Shown: one piece after another, positions 1 to 9,972 of the stretch
Layout: every line of letters begins with the position of its first letter
Position numbering within the stretch: the first letter of the stretch is position 1
Source of the DNA: Longimicrobiales bacterium
GTDB lineage: Bacteria; Gemmatimonadota; Gemmatimonadetes; Longimicrobiales; Gaopeijiaceae
Reading direction: 5' to 3'
Length of the DNA: 64,000 nucleotides
NCBI GenBank assembly: GCA_965204735.1
Contig: OZ242008.1
Location: 1,568,001-1,632,000 of the forward strand
Made by a program: the position numbers and the translations under genes
Notes under the pieces: model-generated
The model's database searches: none
Seen by the model: only the letters and a program-made list of their open reading frames with translations
Told to the model about the DNA's origin: nothing

Positions 1-2
1 AA

Positions 3-695
3 CGCGTCCCCATCCTGGGAATCAACTTGGGAAACCTGGGCTTTCTCGCTTCCGTGGCCGCCGCCGAAGTGGAATCGGGCCTTCGGCGCGTCCTGCGGGG
101 CGAGTACGAGATCGAGAAGCGGCGAACCCTCGAGGCTGAAGTGCGCCCCGCGCGTCCAGCCCCGGCGGCGCAGCACCAACCGGCCGGCCGCGTCGCCGAC
201 CGATTCCCGACGGTCCAGCGCTTCACGGCGCTCAACGACGTGGTCGTCCACAAGGCCGGCGCCGCGCGCGTGACTCGCCTGGACCTGTGGGTCGGAGAAG
301 GCGAAGGTCGGCAGGAGATCGGCAGCTTTTCCGGCGACGGAGTCATCCTGGCCACGCCGACGGGCTCCACGGCGTACTCCCTTTCCGCCGGGGGGCCGAT
401 CGTGGTCCCGGAGCTCAACTGCTTCCTCGTCACGCCCATCCTTCCCCACACGCTGGCGGTCCGCCCCCTGGTCATGCCCGGCGACGAGGAGATCACCGTC
501 ACCATCCTGGACCGAGGCGAGCCTCTGCACCTCACCGTGGACGGCCGCGAGGGGACGGAGCTGCGGCCGACGGACCGAGTGGTGGTGCGGATGGGCCGCT
601 CCCAGCTCCGCTTGGTCCGCCTGCCGAACCACTCCTTCTTCGCGACCCTCCGGCGGAAGCTGAACTGGGCCGTCAACCCTCCTGAAGGCCACTGA
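3..695 (+). CDS. nadK: NAD(+) kinase, 5'-truncated by the window edge
   Basis: Frame open from position 3 (RVPILGINLGNLGFL). Motifs ALNDVVV, GDGVILATPTGSTAYSLSAGGPIV and TVDG; directly upstream of recN, the usual order. Confidence 0.95.
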   Translation, partial: RVPILGINLGNLGFLASVAAAEVESGLRRVLRGEYEIEKRRTLEAEVRPARPAPAAQHQPAGRVADRFPTVQRFTALNDVVVHKAGAARVTRLDLWVGEGEGRQEIGSFSGDGVILATPTGSTAYSLSAGGPIVVPELNCFLVTPILPHTLAVRPLVMPGDEEITVTILDRGEPLHLTVDGREGTELRPTDRVVVRMGRSQLRLVRLPNHSFFATLRRKLNWAVNPPEGH

Positions 696-729
696 CTCCA
701 CCCGCACCGTGCCACCATCCGCCTGACCC

Positions 730-2409
730 GTGATCGTCGAGTTGCGGATCCGCGACTTCGCGGTGATCGAGGAGCTGTCGGTGCCCCTGTCGCCGGGGCT
801 GAACGTGGTCACCGGCGAGACCGGGGCGGGGAAGTCCATCGTGGTGGACGCGCTGGGGCTGCTCGTGGGCGGTCGCGCGGCGTCTTCGTCGGTGCGCGCC
901 GGGCGGGAGAGGGCGGTGGTGGAAGGCGTGGTGGACATGAGCGGCCTCGACGGGGTCGCCCGTCGTCTGGCCGACCTGGGACTGGCCGGCGACGAGGAGC
1001 CGCACCTGCTTCTGCGCCGGGAGGTGCGGGCCGAGGGCCGGAGCCGAAGCTGGGTCAACGACTCGCCTGCGACCGCCGGCGCCCTTCGCAGCGTGGGCGA
1101 GGCGCTGGTGGACATTCACGGCCAGCACGAGCACCAGCGGCTCCTCGCGGGGGACTTTCAGCAGCAGGTCCTCGACGAGTTCGGCGGCTGCGCCGAGCTG
1201 GCCGACCGCGTGGCGGAAGCGTTCCGGCGCGCCGCCGAGCTGCGAAGGCGGCTGACCGGGGCCGAGTCTCGTCGCCGGGAGCTGGAGAGCCGAGCCGACT
1301 TTCTGCGCTTCCAGCTGGACGAGATCGAAGCCGCGAAGGTGGAGCCGGAGGAAGGGGAGCGGCTGCGCGTCGAGATCGCTCGCCTGGCCAACGCCGAGAC
1401 CCTGGCCCGGGAGAGCGGCGCCCTTCACGAACTCCTGCACGCGGGGGAGGGCGCCGTGGCCGACCGCTTGGCCGACGCGACGGCCCGAGTGCGCCGCATG
1501 GGCGAGACGGACCCGAGCCTGGCCGCGCTGGTCGCCGCGCTGGAGGACGCCTACCACCGGGTGACCGACGCCGCCGGCGAGCTGGCGGCCTACGGCGAAG
1601 GGATCGAGCACGACCCCGCCCGCCTGGAGCTCCTCCGGGAGCGCGACGCCCTCCTCCACGCGCTGAAGCGGAAGTACGGCGCCACCGTGGAGGACGTGAT
1701 CGCGACCGGCGAGGCCCTCCGGCGGGAGCTGGACGAGCTGAACGAGACCCAAGTGGACGCGGGCGCGCTGGCCCGGGATCTGGCGCAGGCCGACGCGGCC
1801 TGGAAGGACGCTGCCGAAGCCCTCTCGGCGCGGCGTCGCGAGGCGGCGGACCGCCTCTCCCAGGCTGCGAGCGCCCTCTTCCCCGGACTGGGATTGGAGG
1901 GCGGCCGCTTCCGCGTCCAGCTGGAGGAGCGCGGGGAGCCGTCGCCTCGAGGGCTGGAGCGGGTGCGCTTCACGGCCTCGATGAACCCGGGCTTCCCGCC
2001 GGGACCGTTGGCCAGGATCGCCTCGGGCGGGGAGCTCTCTCGGGTCATGCTCGCCCTCAAGTCTGTTCTGGCAGGAGTCGACGACGTGCCCGTCCTCGTG
2101 TTCGACGAGATCGACTCCGGCGTCGGCGGCGCCGTGGCGGCCCAGGTCGGCGATCGGCTTGCGGAAGTCGCCCAGGGGCGTCAAGTGCTCGTGGTCACCC
2201 ACTTGGCCCGGATCGCCGCCCGCGCGTCGAGCCACCTGCTGGTGGAGAAGGACGCCGGCGGAGGCCGCGCAAAGACCTCGCTGCGCCGGCTCGGGCGCGA
2301 GGACCGGGTCCGCGAAGTCGCGCGGATGCTGGGAGGCGACCCGGACTCGCCACCGTCGCTCCGCCACGCCCGAGAGCTGCTAGGCCCGTGCGTGCCTAGC
2401 CCAGCCTAG
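730..2409 (+). CDS. recN: DNA repair protein RecN
   Basis: Walker A TGETGAGKS, DIHGQHEHQ, signature ASGGELSRVMLALK, Walker B VFDEIDSG, VTHL; 559 aa. Confidence 0.97.
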   Translation: MIVELRIRDFAVIEELSVPLSPGLNVVTGETGAGKSIVVDALGLLVGGRAASSSVRAGRERAVVEGVVDMSGLDGVARRLADLGLAGDEEPHLLLRREVRAEGRSRSWVNDSPATAGALRSVGEALVDIHGQHEHQRLLAGDFQQQVLDEFGGCAELADRVAEAFRRAAELRRRLTGAESRRRELESRADFLRFQLDEIEAAKVEPEEGERLRVEIARLANAETLARESGALHELLHAGEGAVADRLADATARVRRMGETDPSLAALVAALEDAYHRVTDAAGELAAYGEGIEHDPARLELLRERDALLHALKRKYGATVEDVIATGEALRRELDELNETQVDAGALARDLAQADAAWKDAAEALSARRREAADRLSQAASALFPGLGLEGGRFRVQLEERGEPSPRGLERVRFTASMNPGFPPGPLARIASGGELSRVMLALKSVLAGVDDVPVLVFDEIDSGVGGAVAAQVGDRLAEVAQGRQVLVVTHLARIAARASSHLLVEKDAGGGRAKTSLRRLGREDRVREVARMLGGDPDSPPSLRHARELLGPCVPSPA

Positions 2410-2580
2410 CCCAGCCCATGGGTATGTCGGGCATGTGACGGCTCGCCGGGTCAGCGGTTCGCTGCTCGGCCGCCACTAGCCACCACCGGCTGGGCGAGCG
2501 TTGGGGTCAGCCCAGCGGTGCAGCCCCGGTCGTCTTTGTCCAGTGCCTGGAAAGCGACGGCTTGGCGTCGCCTTCGTCCA

Positions 2581-3657
2581 CTACCGCCCCTCCGCGTCGC
2601 CGTTGCCGGCCACGGCCAGGAACTCGTCGGCAGTGTCGCACTCCACGACCGCGTCCCCGACCCGCGCCAGCTGCTCGGCGCTCATGGAGCGCAGCTGCTC
2701 CTCCAGCCGTCGCGCCGTCTGGGCCCCGAACCGCCGCGAAGCCAGCAAGATCGCTCGGCCTTCCGCGCGCCCCCGTTCGAGCCCCTGCTTGAGCCCCTGC
2801 TGGAGCCCCTGCTCCAGGCCCCGCTGCCGGTGGCCCTCCGCCCACTCCGCATAGGTCTGGCCCATCTCTTCCTCCTCCTTCGGTTGGATGATCTGCTCCA
2901 CGATGTCCTCACGTGCCTCTTCCGGCGCGCCCACCTTACGCAGCCGCTCGTCCGTCCAGTCTGCGAACGCCTGCCGCTCTGTAAGATAGTCCGGGCCGGC
3001 CCACTGCTCCGCCATGCTCTGGTGCACCGCCGGAAAGTTCGTCCACGGGTCCTCCTCCAGCGCCGCGACCCAGCCCAGCACGCTCTCCCTGGGAAGCAAC
3101 CCTTGCGCCAGCGCCGACCGCAAGTCAAGCAGCCCGTAGCCGTGAGTGGTCGCCAAGCCAGCGACCGCCCGCGCCACGACCGGCGACGGCTCCTCCCTGC
3201 TGGCCAGCCCGGCCAGCGTCGTCTCGGCCGTCCACGGCCGCGTGCCGGTGTAGACGACGAACGAGAGCACGAGGGGCATGGCGCCGTCGGGGTCGCGCTG
3301 GCGCTCGTGCGTGTGCAGCACCGTGTGGGCGGCCTCGCTGTAGCGCAGCGTCCTGAGGACCATGCCCGGATCGACGGAGGACTGGAACTCGAAGAGGAAG
3401 ACGGCGGATCGACCGTCCTTGAACCGGACGCGCCAAGCGCAGTCGCAGAGCCGGCGCCGCAGGTCGGGGCCGACGGTCTCGGTGGGGAAGGGATCGACGG
3501 CCAGCAGGTCGAGCTGGTCGGCCCAGCACTTGGCCGCCAAGTCGCGGATGAGGGCCACGACGGCAGCCACGGTGTTGAAGAGGCGCTTGTAGCTCTGGTC
3601 GTGGCGGCGGCGTTCCAGCGTGGTGAGAGAGGGCGGTTCGCTGGTGGAAGGGTCCAT
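2581..3657 (-). CDS. Rpn family (YhgA-like) recombination-promoting nuclease / putative transposase
   Basis: ATG at 3657. N-terminal HDQSYKRLF, RRRLCDCAW and FLFEFQSSVDPGMVLRTLRY (PD-(D/E)xK-like); C-terminal GLEQGLQQGLKQGLERGRAEG repeats followed by a DUF4351-like helical tail. Confidence 0.85.
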   Translation of the reverse strand: MDPSTSEPPSLTTLERRRHDQSYKRLFNTVAAVVALIRDLAAKCWADQLDLLAVDPFPTETVGPDLRRRLCDCAWRVRFKDGRSAVFLFEFQSSVDPGMVLRTLRYSEAAHTVLHTHERQRDPDGAMPLVLSFVVYTGTRPWTAETTLAGLASREEPSPVVARAVAGLATTHGYGLLDLRSALAQGLLPRESVLGWVAALEEDPWTNFPAVHQSMAEQWAGPDYLTERQAFADWTDERLRKVGAPEEAREDIVEQIIQPKEEEEMGQTYAEWAEGHRQRGLEQGLQQGLKQGLERGRAEGRAILLASRRFGAQTARRLEEQLRSMSAEQLARVGDAVVECDTADEFLAVAGNGDAEGR

Positions 3658-3860
3658 TGCGGCGGCTCCGTTGCGTCCGAGACGAGAGGCGCTTCGGAGG
3701 CGTCGCGGACGGAGTTCCCCCGAAGCTGGCCGGGACGGTCTCCGGCTCTGGCCCAAGGATCTCACCGTGCGTGCGCCATTTCCATGGCTGGATGGGACAG
3801 ATTTTTTTTCGTCTCTTCCGGGCTGGCCCCGGCGGCCCCCGGGCGTCGTCTGAATCCCTA

Positions 3861-5657
3861 TCAGCCGCCCCAGACTCCTACGTAGACCCGGAAGCCCGCC
3901 TCCAGGGAACCGGTCACCGGCACGCTGGTTCCGCTGCCCGCTACGACCTGCCGATAGACGGCCCGCACTTCGAAGGGCCGCCGCCGCGCGTCCTCCGGTT
4001 CCTGCCGGGCGCCCCTGCCGAATCCGGACCGCGGCGAGCCCAGCCGGCTGTAGACGATCCCCGCGACGACTCGGCCTGTCGAGGCGCCGCTTCCAGGCAC
4101 CAGGACGTTCGGGTCCAGAGCGGAGACGGGACCCGTGGACGGCTCGGGAGCGGCAGAGGAGCCGTCTCCCTCGATCGGGTCCGCCGCCCACAGCGCGAAG
4201 GAGTCCTCTCCCTTGCTGAAGTGCCGGTAGCCCGCCACCAGCGTGACGGCCCCGGCGATCCTGAACCATGGCGCGACCTCGGCGAAGAAGTAGTCGCCCG
4301 GGTTCCACTCCAGGCGGGCCAAGGTGGCTGCCGGTGCCATGGCGTAGCCCGGGTCGAACACGCGCCGCTCGGTGATCCCGGGCAGCTGGACGCCGTAGCG
4401 CAGGTCGGTCCACAGCCCCAGCCGGTCCCGCCAGCTGCCGTTCAGCCAGCCCCGCACTTCCACGTCGGTCTGGCGGTCGCCCGAGCCCATGTCCAGGAAG
4501 TTGGCCGGATCGTCCTGCGTGCCGGTGGGGAGCCTGACCAGAGTCCCCGCGCCTGCGGTCAGCGTGTAGCCGGGCTCGGTCTTGTCGAGCCAGCGCGCGT
4601 CGGCGCGAAGCTCCAAGTCGCCCAGCATCCAAAGGGAGCGCCACCCCGCGAAGGGAAAGTTCCCCGCAGTGCCGTACGCCGGGATGGTCGCGAAGTCCTG
4701 CAGGTCCTCCGTCGAGAAGGGCGCGTCGGCGAGGGGCAGGGCGCCGGGCAAGGCTGCTCCTGCGGCTTGGAACGCCTCGGCGAACTCGGCCAGCCGCGCC
4801 CGCAGCGCCATGCCGGCCGCCGAGCCCGCCAACGGCGCCACCGGACTCCCGTACATGACGGACAGTGCCCGATGAAACGACCGCGACCCCGACAGGACGG
4901 CCGTCGCGTCCCGGCAGCTCGTGGACGTCGGGTCGGCCGCGCAGAGACCGGCCCGGTACGAGTCGTATCCGTCGACGGAGGCGTCCAGACGCGACAGGAA
5001 CCTGGAGACTTCGGCAGGGTCGTCGAGCGCCGGGCTGAACCCCGCGTTGGCGCTGGCCGAGTCCGAGGCGAAGTGGAAGACGAACTCGGTCTCGTTCCGA
5101 ACGAACGCCGCCGAGGCTCCGACGGAGAGCCAGTCGAACACTCCCACGTCCAGCGACACCGGCAGCCGCACCGAGTTCTTCTCGACCGACGAGGTCATCA
5201 CGCCCAGGCTGGCCGCGTAGTCCCCCCCGATCGCGTCGCGCACCGCCGCCTCGAACCCCGCCAGCGTGGGAAAGATCGCCGGACCCACGTCCCCGCTGAA
5301 GAAGCTCGCCAGAGAACGCGAACCGTCGCCTGCCACCGTCGCGCTCCTTGCCCCCGGCAAGCCGCCGTAGACGCTCGTGAACGACGAGTAGCCAGTGCCG
5401 AAGTCCAGCCGCACCATGCCGCGGGGGACCAGAGGCGGGTACGGCTCCTGGGCGGCCGACGGCGCGAAGGCCGGCGCGGCAACGGACAACGCCAAGGCGC
5501 CGGCAAGGACGGAAGCGGTACGGGTCAGGGCGAGAGCCAGCGTTGCGGGAAGTCGGATCGGCCTCTGCGGGAGCGTCGAGTCGATGGAGACGGAGGGCTG
5601 GGCCGTATCGGGCCGAAAGATAACCTTGACGGGCGCGGGCGATTTTCGTACCGTCAT
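3861..5657 (-). CDS. Hypothetical exported / outer-membrane protein (true start probably downstream of 5657)
   Basis: Long ORF with a signal-peptide-like segment (LAGALALSVAAPAFAPSAAQE), alternating beta-strand patterns and C-terminal AGFRVYVGVW. Confidence 0.6.
   Translation of the reverse strand: MTVRKSPAPVKVIFRPDTAQPSVSIDSTLPQRPIRLPATLALALTRTASVLAGALALSVAAPAFAPSAAQEPYPPLVPRGMVRLDFGTGYSSFTSVYGGLPGARSATVAGDGSRSLASFFSGDVGPAIFPTLAGFEAAVRDAIGGDYAASLGVMTSSVEKNSVRLPVSLDVGVFDWLSVGASAAFVRNETEFVFHFASDSASANAGFSPALDDPAEVSRFLSRLDASVDGYDSYRAGLCAADPTSTSCRDATAVLSGSRSFHRALSVMYGSPVAPLAGSAAGMALRARLAEFAEAFQAAGAALPGALPLADAPFSTEDLQDFATIPAYGTAGNFPFAGWRSLWMLGDLELRADARWLDKTEPGYTLTAGAGTLVRLPTGTQDDPANFLDMGSGDRQTDVEVRGWLNGSWRDRLGLWTDLRYGVQLPGITERRVFDPGYAMAPAATLARLEWNPGDYFFAEVAPWFRIAGAVTLVAGYRHFSKGEDSFALWAADPIEGDGSSAAPEPSTGPVSALDPNVLVPGSGASTGRVVAGIVYSRLGSPRSGFGRGARQEPEDARRRPFEVRAVYRQVVAGSGTSVPVTGSLEAGFRVYVGVWGG
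5626..5654 (+). promoter_or_regulatory. Putative sigma70 promoter for the tRNA pair
   Basis: TTGACG-N17-TACCGT about 95 nt upstream of tRNA-Gly. Confidence 0.4.
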
Positions 5658-5748
5658 ACCCCCGGCGCCGGCGCGCCAGCTCGGCCCGGGGATGCAAATC
5701 CATCTGGGATTCTGGGAGCCTAGCGGCCAGCGGGAATCCCAGCCCCAT

Positions 5749-5821
<73 letters not shown>

Positions 5822-5871
5822 CTTGCGAACAAAGGGGGCGGCGGCCGTTGCCGTGCGCCCCCTTTCGTGTC

Positions 5872-5943
5872 GGCGCCGTAGCCAAGTGGTAAGGCGGAGG
5901 TCTGCAAAACCTCTATTCGGCGGTTCGAATCCGCCCGGCGCCT
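5872..5943 (+). tRNA. tRNA-Cys(GCA)
   Basis: Acceptor stem GGCGCCG/CGGCGCC, AGCCAAGTGGTAAGGC, anticodon loop CTGCAAA, GGTTCGAATCC; CCA not encoded. Confidence 0.96.
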
Positions 5944-6017
5944 CTGCGATTCGGGCACCAGCCCAGATCTCCGGGGACTATTGCCGCCCCATGGGCACTC
6001 GCGCCGACAACGCCGCC

Positions 6018-6695
6018 ATGGCCTACATCCGACACGCCTTGCCGGAGGACGAGGGACCAGAGGCGGCGGCCCTTCGGGCGCGTCTCGCTGGACCAGGCGG
6101 GCTGGACCACATTCTGGCCGTCCACTCCCTGAACCCGCCGTCGCTGGAGCACCACTACGTCCTGTACAGCCACCTGATGCGGGGGCCGTCGCCGCTTTCC
6201 CGCGCCCAGCGCGAGATGATCGCCGTCGCGGTGTCGGCCGAGAACGACTGCTTCTACTGAATCAACCACCACGGGGCGGGTCTCCGTCGGCTGGCAGGCG
6301 TCGAGTTCGCCAAAGCTCTTGCCCGGGGGCGGCGGCCTGCATCTCTGGACGCGCGGGACGTCGCCATGCTGGCGTACGCCGTCAAGCTCACCCGCGACCC
6401 CGGCGGCATGACCGCCGGCGACGTCGAGACCCTTCGCCGGGCGGGCTTCGACGACCCGGCGATCCTGGACATCTGCCAAGTGACGGCGTACTACGCCTAC
6501 GTGAACCGCCTGGCCGACGGCCTGGGGGTCGAGCTGGAGGAGCGCTGGTGCCCGGAGGAGCTGGTGCTGTCCCGCAGCGAGTTCGAAGCGATCCGAGCCG
6601 AGAAGCGCGTACCCCGGGTGGAGCAGACCGGCAACTTGGGCTCCCCTCCGCGACGCCCTTCCGCCGTGCAGCCGACAGCGCCAGCGACCTCGTGA
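6018..6695 (+). CDS. AhpD/carboxymuconolactone-decarboxylase-like peroxidase-related protein, predicted selenoprotein (in-frame TGA 6258-6260 = Sec, motif CFYU)
   Basis: Two ORF-track fragments share one frame and are separated only by TGA at the second Cys position of the CxxC motif (REMIAVAVSAENDCFY*INHH...LAYAVKLT...YVNRLADGLG). A SECIS-like hairpin follows. Confidence 0.85.
6261..6290 (+). promoter_or_regulatory. Putative bacterial SECIS element
   Basis: Stem ACGGGG (6271-6276) / CTCCGT (6282-6287) with loop CGGGT; GCGGGTCT starts 15 nt after the TGA. Confidence 0.7.
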
Positions 6696-8284
6696 TCGTC
6701 CTGGACGGCTGCGGGCTTGATCTGGCCCAGATCGAAGCCGTTGCCTGCGAGCGGGCCGCCGTTCGGCTCGACGAAGACGCAAGGGCGCAAGTGCGTCGCT
6801 CCCGCGCCACCTTGGAACGGCTGCTGGAGGAGGACGTTCGCGTGTACGGGGTCACCACCGGCTTCGGGCGATTGGCCGACGTGGCGGTTGCCCGCGACGA
6901 CCAGCGCGCCCTGCAACGGAACTTGGTGCGAAGCCACGCGGCCGGGACGGGACGCCCGCTCTCGGTCGAAGAAGTCCGAGCGGTTCTGGTCCTCCGCGCC
7001 AACGCGCTGGCCCGGGGCCACTCGGGCGTGCGGCTCGTGGTGGTGGAGCGGCTGATCGAGATGCTCAACCGCGGCGTCCACCCGGTCGTGCCGGAGATCG
7101 GGTCGGTGGGCGCCAGCGGCGACTTGGCCCCCCTGGCCCACGTGGCTCTGGCGCTCACGGGCGAGGGCAGGGCCCAAGGACCGGACGGCGAAGCCGAAGC
7201 GGCCGAAGTGCTGGCGGAGGCCGGCATCGCGCCCCTGGAGCTGGCCGAGAAGGAGGGAGTCGCCCTCGTCAACGGCACCCAGGCGACAACGGCCGTGGGC
7301 GCCCTCGCCCTGCGGCGCTTTGCCCGCGCCCTTGACGCGGCGGACGTGGCGGGGGCCGCCAGCCTGGAAGGGCTCATGGGCACGCCCGACGCCTTCCGCC
7401 CCGAGATTCACGCCGTCCGCCCCCACCCGGGCCAGGCGGCCAGCGCGGCTCGACTGTGGGAGCTCCTCCAGGACTCGGAGATCCGCGAGTCCCACCGCCA
7501 CGACGACCCCCGAGTGCAGGACGCGTACTCGCTCCGCTGCATGCCCCAGGTCCACGGGGCTGCCCGCGAAGCGCTGGAGTACGCGTCGCGGATCGTCGCC
7601 ACCGAAGCCAACTCCACCACCGACAACCCGCTGGTGCTGCCGGACGCCGCCGCCGAACCGGCGCCGACCGCCGGACCAACGCCCGCGGCCAAGCCGGAGC
7701 GCGCCCTGGGCGCGGTGCTGAGCGGCGGCAACTTCCATGCCCAGATCGTCGCCCAGTGCCTCGACCTGGCGGCGATCGCCGCCGCCGACGTGGCCTCGAT
7801 CTCCGAGCGCCGGACCGACCGTCTCCTCAACCCCGACCTCTCGGGGCTGCCGGCCTTCCTCACGCGCCGGCCCGGCGTCTGCTCCGGCTTCATGATCGCC
7901 CAGATCACCGCCGCCGACGCGCTGTCGGAGATGCGCGTACTGGCCACGCCCGCCAGCGTGGACTCGGTGCCGACCAGCGCCTCGCGCGAGGATCACGTCT
8001 CCATGGGAATGGCGGCGGCCCGCAAGTTCCGCCGAAGCATGGAGCTGCTGGAGACGGTGCTGGCAGTGGAGCTGCTGTGCGCCGCCCAGGCCGTCGAGTT
8101 CCACCGCCCGCTCCGGGCCGGTCGCGGGGTCGAAGAAGCCGTGGCGGCGGTGCGCCGGTGCTCGCCTCCGCTGGACGAGGACCGGTCGCTGGGCGACGAC
8201 TTGGAGGCGGTCGCCGAGATGCTTCGCGAAGGGGACTTCGCCGCCGCCCGGATCGAAGGAGAGACCGAAGGAGACAGCGCATGA
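6692..8284 (+). CDS. hutH: Histidine ammonia-lyase
   Basis: [21 protein letters not shown]-forming [36 protein letters not shown] start overlaps the upstream stop (GTGA). Confidence 0.95.
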   Translation: MIVLDGCGLDLAQIEAVACERAAVRLDEDARAQVRRSRATLERLLEEDVRVYGVTTGFGRLADVAVARDDQRALQRNLVRSHAAGTGRPLSVEEVRAVLVLRANALARGHSGVRLVVVERLIEMLNRGVHPVVPEIGSVGASGDLAPLAHVALALTGEGRAQGPDGEAEAAEVLAEAGIAPLELAEKEGVALVNGTQATTAVGALALRRFARALDAADVAGAASLEGLMGTPDAFRPEIHAVRPHPGQAASAARLWELLQDSEIRESHRHDDPRVQDAYSLRCMPQVHGAAREALEYASRIVATEANSTTDNPLVLPDAAAEPAPTAGPTPAAKPERALGAVLSGGNFHAQIVAQCLDLAAIAAADVASISERRTDRLLNPDLSGLPAFLTRRPGVCSGFMIAQITAADALSEMRVLATPASVDSVPTSASREDHVSMGMAAARKFRRSMELLETVLAVELLCAAQAVEFHRPLRAGRGVEEAVAAVRRCSPPLDEDRSLGDDLEAVAEMLREGDFAAARIEGETEGDSA

Positions 8285-9966
8285 CCAACGGGAACACGGC
8301 CGACACGGCGGCTGCGCCGGCTGCCCGCACCGTCCGCGCCCCCAGGGGCGCCGAGCTCCGGTGCAAGGGCTGGACTCAAGAGGCGGCCCTTCGGATGCTC
8401 ATGAACAACCTGGACCCGGACGTCGCCGAGAACCCCGACGAGCTGGTGGTCTACGGCGGGACCGGCAAGGCGGCGCGGAGCTGGGCCGCCTTCGACGCCA
8501 TCGTCGCCGCGCTCCGGGAGCTGGAGGACGACGAGACGCTGCTCGTCCAGTCCGGCAAGCCCGTGGGCGTCTTCCGCACCCACCGCCACGCGCCCCGGGT
8601 CCTCATCGCCAACGCCAACTTGGTGGGCCGATGGGCGACCTGGGACCACTTCCACCAGCTGGAGCGCGCAGGGCTGACGATGTACGGGCAGATGACCGCC
8701 GGCTCGTGGATATACATCGGCACCCAGGGCATCCTTCAAGGCACCTACGAGACCTTCGGCGCAATGGCCCGGACCCACTTCGACGGCTCGCTGGCGGGGC
8801 GGTGGATACTCACGGGCGGGATGGGGGGAATGGGCGGCGCACAGCCCCTGGCCGCCACGATGAACGGCGCGGCGGTGCTGGTGGTGGAGGTGGACCCTCG
8901 ACGGATCCGCCGGCGGATCGAGACCCGCTACTGCCAGCGCATGACGGCCGACCTGGACGAAGCCCTGCGGTGGATCGGGTCGGCGACTCGCGACGGCCGC
9001 GCCCTTTCGGTCGGGCTGGCCGGCAACTGCGCCGAAGTGCTGCCCGCCCTGCTGGAGCGGGGCGCCACGCCGGATGTCGTCACGGACCAGACCTCGGCCC
9101 ACGACCCCTTGAGCTACATTCCGGCGGGCTGCACCGTCGCCGAAGCCGCCGCGCTCCGCGAGAGCGACCCGGAGGAGTACCGGAAACGGTCGACGGCGTC
9201 GATCCGGACGCACTGCGAAGCAATCGTCGAGATGTCGCGCCGGGGCGCCGTGGCCGTGGACTACGGCAACAACTTGCGGGGCTGCGCCAAGGAGGCGGGC
9301 TTCGCAGAGGCGTTCTCGTATCCCGGGTTCGTGCCGGCGTACGTGCGGCCGCTCTTCTGCCAGGGGAAGGGACCGTTCCGCTGGGCGGCCCTCTCCGGCG
9401 ACCCTGCCGACATCCACCGCACCGACGACCTGGCGCTGGAGCTCTTCCCCGAGGACGACCACCTGGGGCGCTGGATACGCCTGGCTCGGGAGCAGGTCGC
9501 GTTCCAGGGGCTTCCGGCACGGATCTGCTGGCTGGGGCAGGGCGAGCGCGCCCGCTTCGGGGTCGCGCTCAACGACTTGGTGGCCCGAGGCGAGGTGGGC
9601 GCGCCGATCGTCATCGGCCGCGACCACCTGGACACGGGCTCGGTGGCGTCGCCGTACCGGGAGACGGAGGCGATGCGCGACGGCACCGACGCCGTGGCCG
9701 ACTGGCCCGTCCTGAACGCGCTGCTGAACACGGCTTCGGGCGCGAGCTGGGTGTCCTTCCACCACGGCGGCGGCGTGGGGATCGGCGACTCCCTCCACGC
9801 CGGACAGGTCTTGGTGGCCGACGGGACCCCGGAGATGGCCCTGCGGATCGAGCGCGTCCTGACCAACGACCCTGGAATCGGCGTCGCCCGCCACGCCGAC
9901 GCGGGCTACGCGGAGGCGGTCGCGACGGCTCGCGCCGCCGGGATCAAGCTCCCAATGGGCTCGTAG
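8281..9966 (+). CDS. hutU: Urocanate hydratase
   Basis: [48 protein letters not shown]. Confidence 0.98.
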   Translation: MTNGNTADTAAAPAARTVRAPRGAELRCKGWTQEAALRMLMNNLDPDVAENPDELVVYGGTGKAARSWAAFDAIVAALRELEDDETLLVQSGKPVGVFRTHRHAPRVLIANANLVGRWATWDHFHQLERAGLTMYGQMTAGSWIYIGTQGILQGTYETFGAMARTHFDGSLAGRWILTGGMGGMGGAQPLAATMNGAAVLVVEVDPRRIRRRIETRYCQRMTADLDEALRWIGSATRDGRALSVGLAGNCAEVLPALLERGATPDVVTDQTSAHDPLSYIPAGCTVAEAAALRESDPEEYRKRSTASIRTHCEAIVEMSRRGAVAVDYGNNLRGCAKEAGFAEAFSYPGFVPAYVRPLFCQGKGPFRWAALSGDPADIHRTDDLALELFPEDDHLGRWIRLAREQVAFQGLPARICWLGQGERARFGVALNDLVARGEVGAPIVIGRDHLDTGSVASPYRETEAMRDGTDAVADWPVLNALLNTASGASWVSFHHGGGVGIGDSLHAGQVLVADGTPEMALRIERVLTNDPGIGVARHADAGYAEAVATARAAGIKLPMGS

Positions 9967-9972
9967 TGCTCC

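Noticed and set aside
673..2367. Long antisense and alternate-frame ORFs (this one and others such as 17300-19804, 29981-33580, 48471-51380, 56906-60691)
   Set aside because: Shadow ORFs of high-GC genes. They are Arg/Pro/Gly-rich, have no motifs, and overlap well-supported genes.
6018..6695. Pseudogene interpretation of the split AhpD-like gene
   Set aside because: The stop is TGA exactly at a catalytic Cys position and is followed by a SECIS-like hairpin; no other lesions.
6692..8284. Ergothionase rather than HutH
   Set aside because: The MIO-forming ASG tripeptide is present, as in true histidine ammonia-lyases.
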